DNA of 64,000 nt from Octopus sinensis (lineage: Eukaryota): the NCBI RefSeq assembly GCF_006345805.1, contig NC_043024.1:10292001-10356000 (forward strand). The letters are read 5' to 3'. Shown here one piece after another: positions 60,396-64,000 of the stretch (within the stretch, counting starts at the first letter, position 1; the number at the start of each line of letters is the position of its first letter). Under the pieces are notes generated by a model. It ran no database searches. It was given only the letters and a program-made list of their open reading frames with translations, and was not told where the DNA came from. A program made the position numbers and the translations under genes.

Positions 60396-63300
60396 CTAAA
60401 GATTACCAAATATAAAAAAAAAAAAAAAAAATAGAAAGACAAATATTAAAATTTACAAAAAATATGGACAGAGACAAGTTTTAATCATCATCATCATCAT
60501 CACATAACTTCCATTTTCCATGCTGGCATGGGTTGGATGGTTTGAGAGATGCCGACAAGTCAGAAAACCGTACCAGGCCCTATTGTCTAATTCACTGGTT
60601 CCCAACCAATTTTCGCCTAAGGACCCCTTCTGGTTCCTAGTTTACTCAGTTGGACCTTCATAGCCATGTGATGTTTAAAAAGCCCTACCTATGTTTTGTA
60701 GCTCGCTGATCCTCTGATGTAAGGGTCACTCAATGAGGAGTGCTCAATTTAACTAATCTATTTCTTTACTACCCACAAGGGGCTAAACACAGAGGGGACA
60801 AACAAGGACAGACAAACAGATTAAGTCAATTACATCGACCCCCAGTGCGTAACTGGTACTTAATTTATCGACCCCGAAAGGATGAAAGGCAAAGTCGACC
60901 TCGGCGGAATTTGAACTCAGAACATAGAGGCAGATAAAAAACCTATTTCTTTACTACCCACGAGGGGCTAAACATAGAGGGGACAAACAGATTAAGTCAA
61001 TTACATCGACCCCAGTGCGTAACTGGTACTTATTTAATCGACCCCGAAAGGATGAAAGGCGAAGTCAACCTCGGTGGAATTTGAACTCAGAACGTTGCAG
61101 TGGATGAAATACCGCAAAGCATTTCGCCCGGCGTGCTAACGTTTCTGCCAGCTCAATTTAACTGATCGTTAAGCCAAGATCACTTGAATTAAACGACGGT
61201 TAAATTGTCGTTTGGAAATACTTTGCATTTAGCTAATTTTGGATTGCCTTCAAAATGTGTTGACATGTATTTTTGGAAATCATCATCATCATCGTTTAAC
61301 GTCCATTTTCCGTGCAAGCATGGGTTGGACAGTTCGACCGGGGATCTGGGAAGCCAGGGGCTGCACCAGGCTCCAGTCTGATCTGGCAGAGTTTCCACAG
61401 CTGGATGCCCTTCCTAACGCCAACCACTCTGTGAGTGTAGTGTGTGCTTTTTGCATACCACCTGCACAGGTGCCAGGGGGGTCCGGCATCTACCACGATT
61501 GGTTGGAGCTTTTAACGTGCCACTGGCACGGAAGCCAGCCAAGGCGGCGCTGGCAACGGCCACGTTCAGATGGTGCTTTTTTATGTGCCACCGGCACTGG
61601 AGCCAGTCGAGGCAGCGCTGGCATCGGCCGCATTCGGACGGTGCTTTTTTATGTGCCACCGGCACTGGAGCCAATCGAGGCAGCGCTGGCATCGGCCACG
61701 TTCGGACGGTGCTTTTTATGTGCCACCGGCACAGAAGCCAGTCAAGGCGGCGCTGGCATCGGCCACGTTCGGATGGTGCTTTTTATGTGCTTTTCAATAT
61801 TTTCTCTAGCTAAATGTGTTGACACAAGAGAAACAATTGTCAGCTTTGTAAGGGGAATTCTACAATTAAAAGAAGTTGTTTCCTCTCACCAAAACCTTTG
61901 GCAATATGCTGCGCTTCAGAAGACTCACCAAGCCAAATGAAATCATTGTTGAGGGCAATGCCAGTGTCACGTAACTGACACATAAAAGCACCCGAGCTGG
62001 TGGCACATAAAAAGCACCCCATCTTATATATATATGGTGGCACGTAAAAAGCACCAACTGATCGTGGCCGTTTGCCAGCCTCCTCTGGCCCCTGTGCCAC
62101 TGGCACGTAAAAAGCACCCACTACACTCTCGGGTGTGGTTGGCATTAGGAAGGGCATCCAGCTGTAGAAACACTGCCAGATCAGACTGGAGCCTGGCACA
62201 GCCTCCTGGCTTTCCAGACCCCGGTTGGACGATTTGACTGAGGACTGGCAAACCAGATGGCTGCACCAGGCTCCAGTCTGATCTGGCAGTGTTTCTACAG
62301 CTGGATGCCCTTCCTAATGCCAACCACTCAGAGTGTAGTGGGTGCTTTTACATGCCACCGGCACAGGGGCCAGTCAGGCGGTACTGGCAACGACCTAACT
62401 TGAATATATTTTTCACGTGCCACCAGCACAAGTGCCAGTGAGGCGACGCTGGTAACGATATATATATTATACATATTTCTTTACTGCCCACAAGGGGCTA
62501 AACACAGAGAGGACAAAGAAGGAGAGACAAACGGATTAAGTCAATTATATCAACCCCAGTGCATAACTGGTACTTAATTTATCAACCCGGAAAGGATGAA
62601 AAGCAAAGCCGACCTCGGCGGAATTTGAACTTAGAACGTAACGGCAGAGGAAATACGGCTACGCATTTAGCCCGGCATGCTAACGATTCTGCCAGCTAGC
62701 CACCCTAATATATATATTATACAGAGAGAGAGAGGGGTTTCTTCCCATTTCTGTCTATCAAATCCACTCACAAGGCTTTGGTCAACCCAAGGATTTAGTA
62801 GAAGAAACTTGCTCAAGGTACCACACAGTGGGACTGAGCCCAAAATTATTTGGCAGCAAAGCTAACTTCTTAACCACACAGCCATGCTTGTACCCATACA
62901 TTACACACACGATCTGTGGAAAGCTGTCCAATCCATGCCGGCATAGGAAAACAAACACAAAACGAAGATAATTGACACAGGCGCAGGAGTGTCTGTGTGG
63001 TAAGTAGCTTGTTTACCAACCACATGGTTTCGGGTTCAGTCCCACTGCGTGGCACTTTGGTCAAGTGTCTTCTGCTATAGCCTCGGGCCAACCAAAGCCT
63101 TGTGAGTGGATTTGGTAGACGGAAACTGAAAGAAGCCCGTCGTATATATGCGTGTGTGTGTCTGTGTTTGTCCCTCTAGCATTGCTTGACAACCAATGTT
63201 GGTGTGTTTATGTCCCCGTTACTTAGCGGTTCGGTTAAAAAGAGACCGATAGAATAAGTACTGGGCTTACAAAAAAAGAATAAGTTCCGGGGTCGAGTTG

Positions 63301-63405
63301 CTCGATTAAAGGCAGTGCTCCAGCATGGCCGCAGTCAAATGACTGAAACAAGTAAAAGAGTAAAGAGAGAGTACAAAAAACTGAGGTAAAACAAAAGCTT
63401 GTTAC

Positions 63406-63546
63406 CAAGAGAGGGCTTCACTGAAGGAGACGACAAGTATGGGAAAGACGAAGCAGCAGTAGAATTATCCCAATGCCACAGGGAACCATCTTCGGAGCAA
63501 GTGAATAAATGGTTGGGATAGGCTGAGTGGAATTTCACTTCCCACA
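63406..63546 (-). CDS. NUP43: NUP43 penultimate exon (WEVKFHSAYPNHLFTCSEDGSLWHWD...)
   Basis: WEV.FH...P.HLFTCSEDGSLWHWD WD40 motif; tttcag acceptor, gtaac donor; phase 1 to 1. Upstream exons lie beyond the window. Confidence 0.93.
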
Positions 63547-64000
63547 CTGAAACAGAAAACAAAACATCGGAGATGAGTTACAGTTAAAGGGATTAAAACA
63601 AATTAAAATGATCGTTTTTGGAACGGTGAATCTCGTAGCAGATAAAGCTATACAATGATAGCATGTAAATACTGTTTAAAATAAAATTTTAAAAAAAATC
63701 TTGGAGAGAAAAAGTCAGTGTTGAGCAGCCTTTAACTTTTTCTATCTAATGATTTTATTTCTTTATTGCCCACAAAGGGCTAAGCAGAGGGGACAAACAA
63801 GGACAGATAAATGGATTAAGTCGATTATATCGATCTCAGTGCGTAACTGGTACTTAATTTATCGACCCTGAAAGGATGAAAGGCAAAGTCAACCTCGGCG
63901 GAATTTGAACTCAGAACGTAATAGCAGACGATATACCGCTAAGCATTTCGACCAGCATGCTAACGTTTCTGCCAGCTCACCGTGTTTCTATCTTATTTCT

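Overview
Repeat-rich eukaryotic DNA, most likely from an octopus/cephalopod (inferred from the SINE/LINE repertoire and microsatellite load). It holds two protein-coding genes. (1) A complete + strand DPY19L3-like C-mannosyltransferase: 16 shared coding exons (29140-52811) joined by hand with consistent splice phases, about 711-718 aa. It has TWO homologous but diverged N-terminal coding exons (20303-20569 and 26860-27105), each ending in phase 0 and fitting the common exon; this is the most interesting observation. It also appears to use one GC-AG intron. (2) The last two exons of NUP43 on the - strand, convergent with DPY19L3. The rest is transposon-derived or low-complexity: R4/Dong-type LINE fragments at (TAA)n, RTE LINE 3' ends with internal minisatellites, three tRNA-headed SINE families (several as multimers), Penelope-type fragments with minimal hammerhead motifs, Helitron, hAT, piggyBac-like, mariner and Merlin-like MITEs, tRNA fragments and many palindromes. 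Most long ORFs in the supplied track are microsatellite artefacts. Family assignments rest on remembered motifs, not database searches. Exon coordinates were counted base by base; repeat boundaries are approximate.
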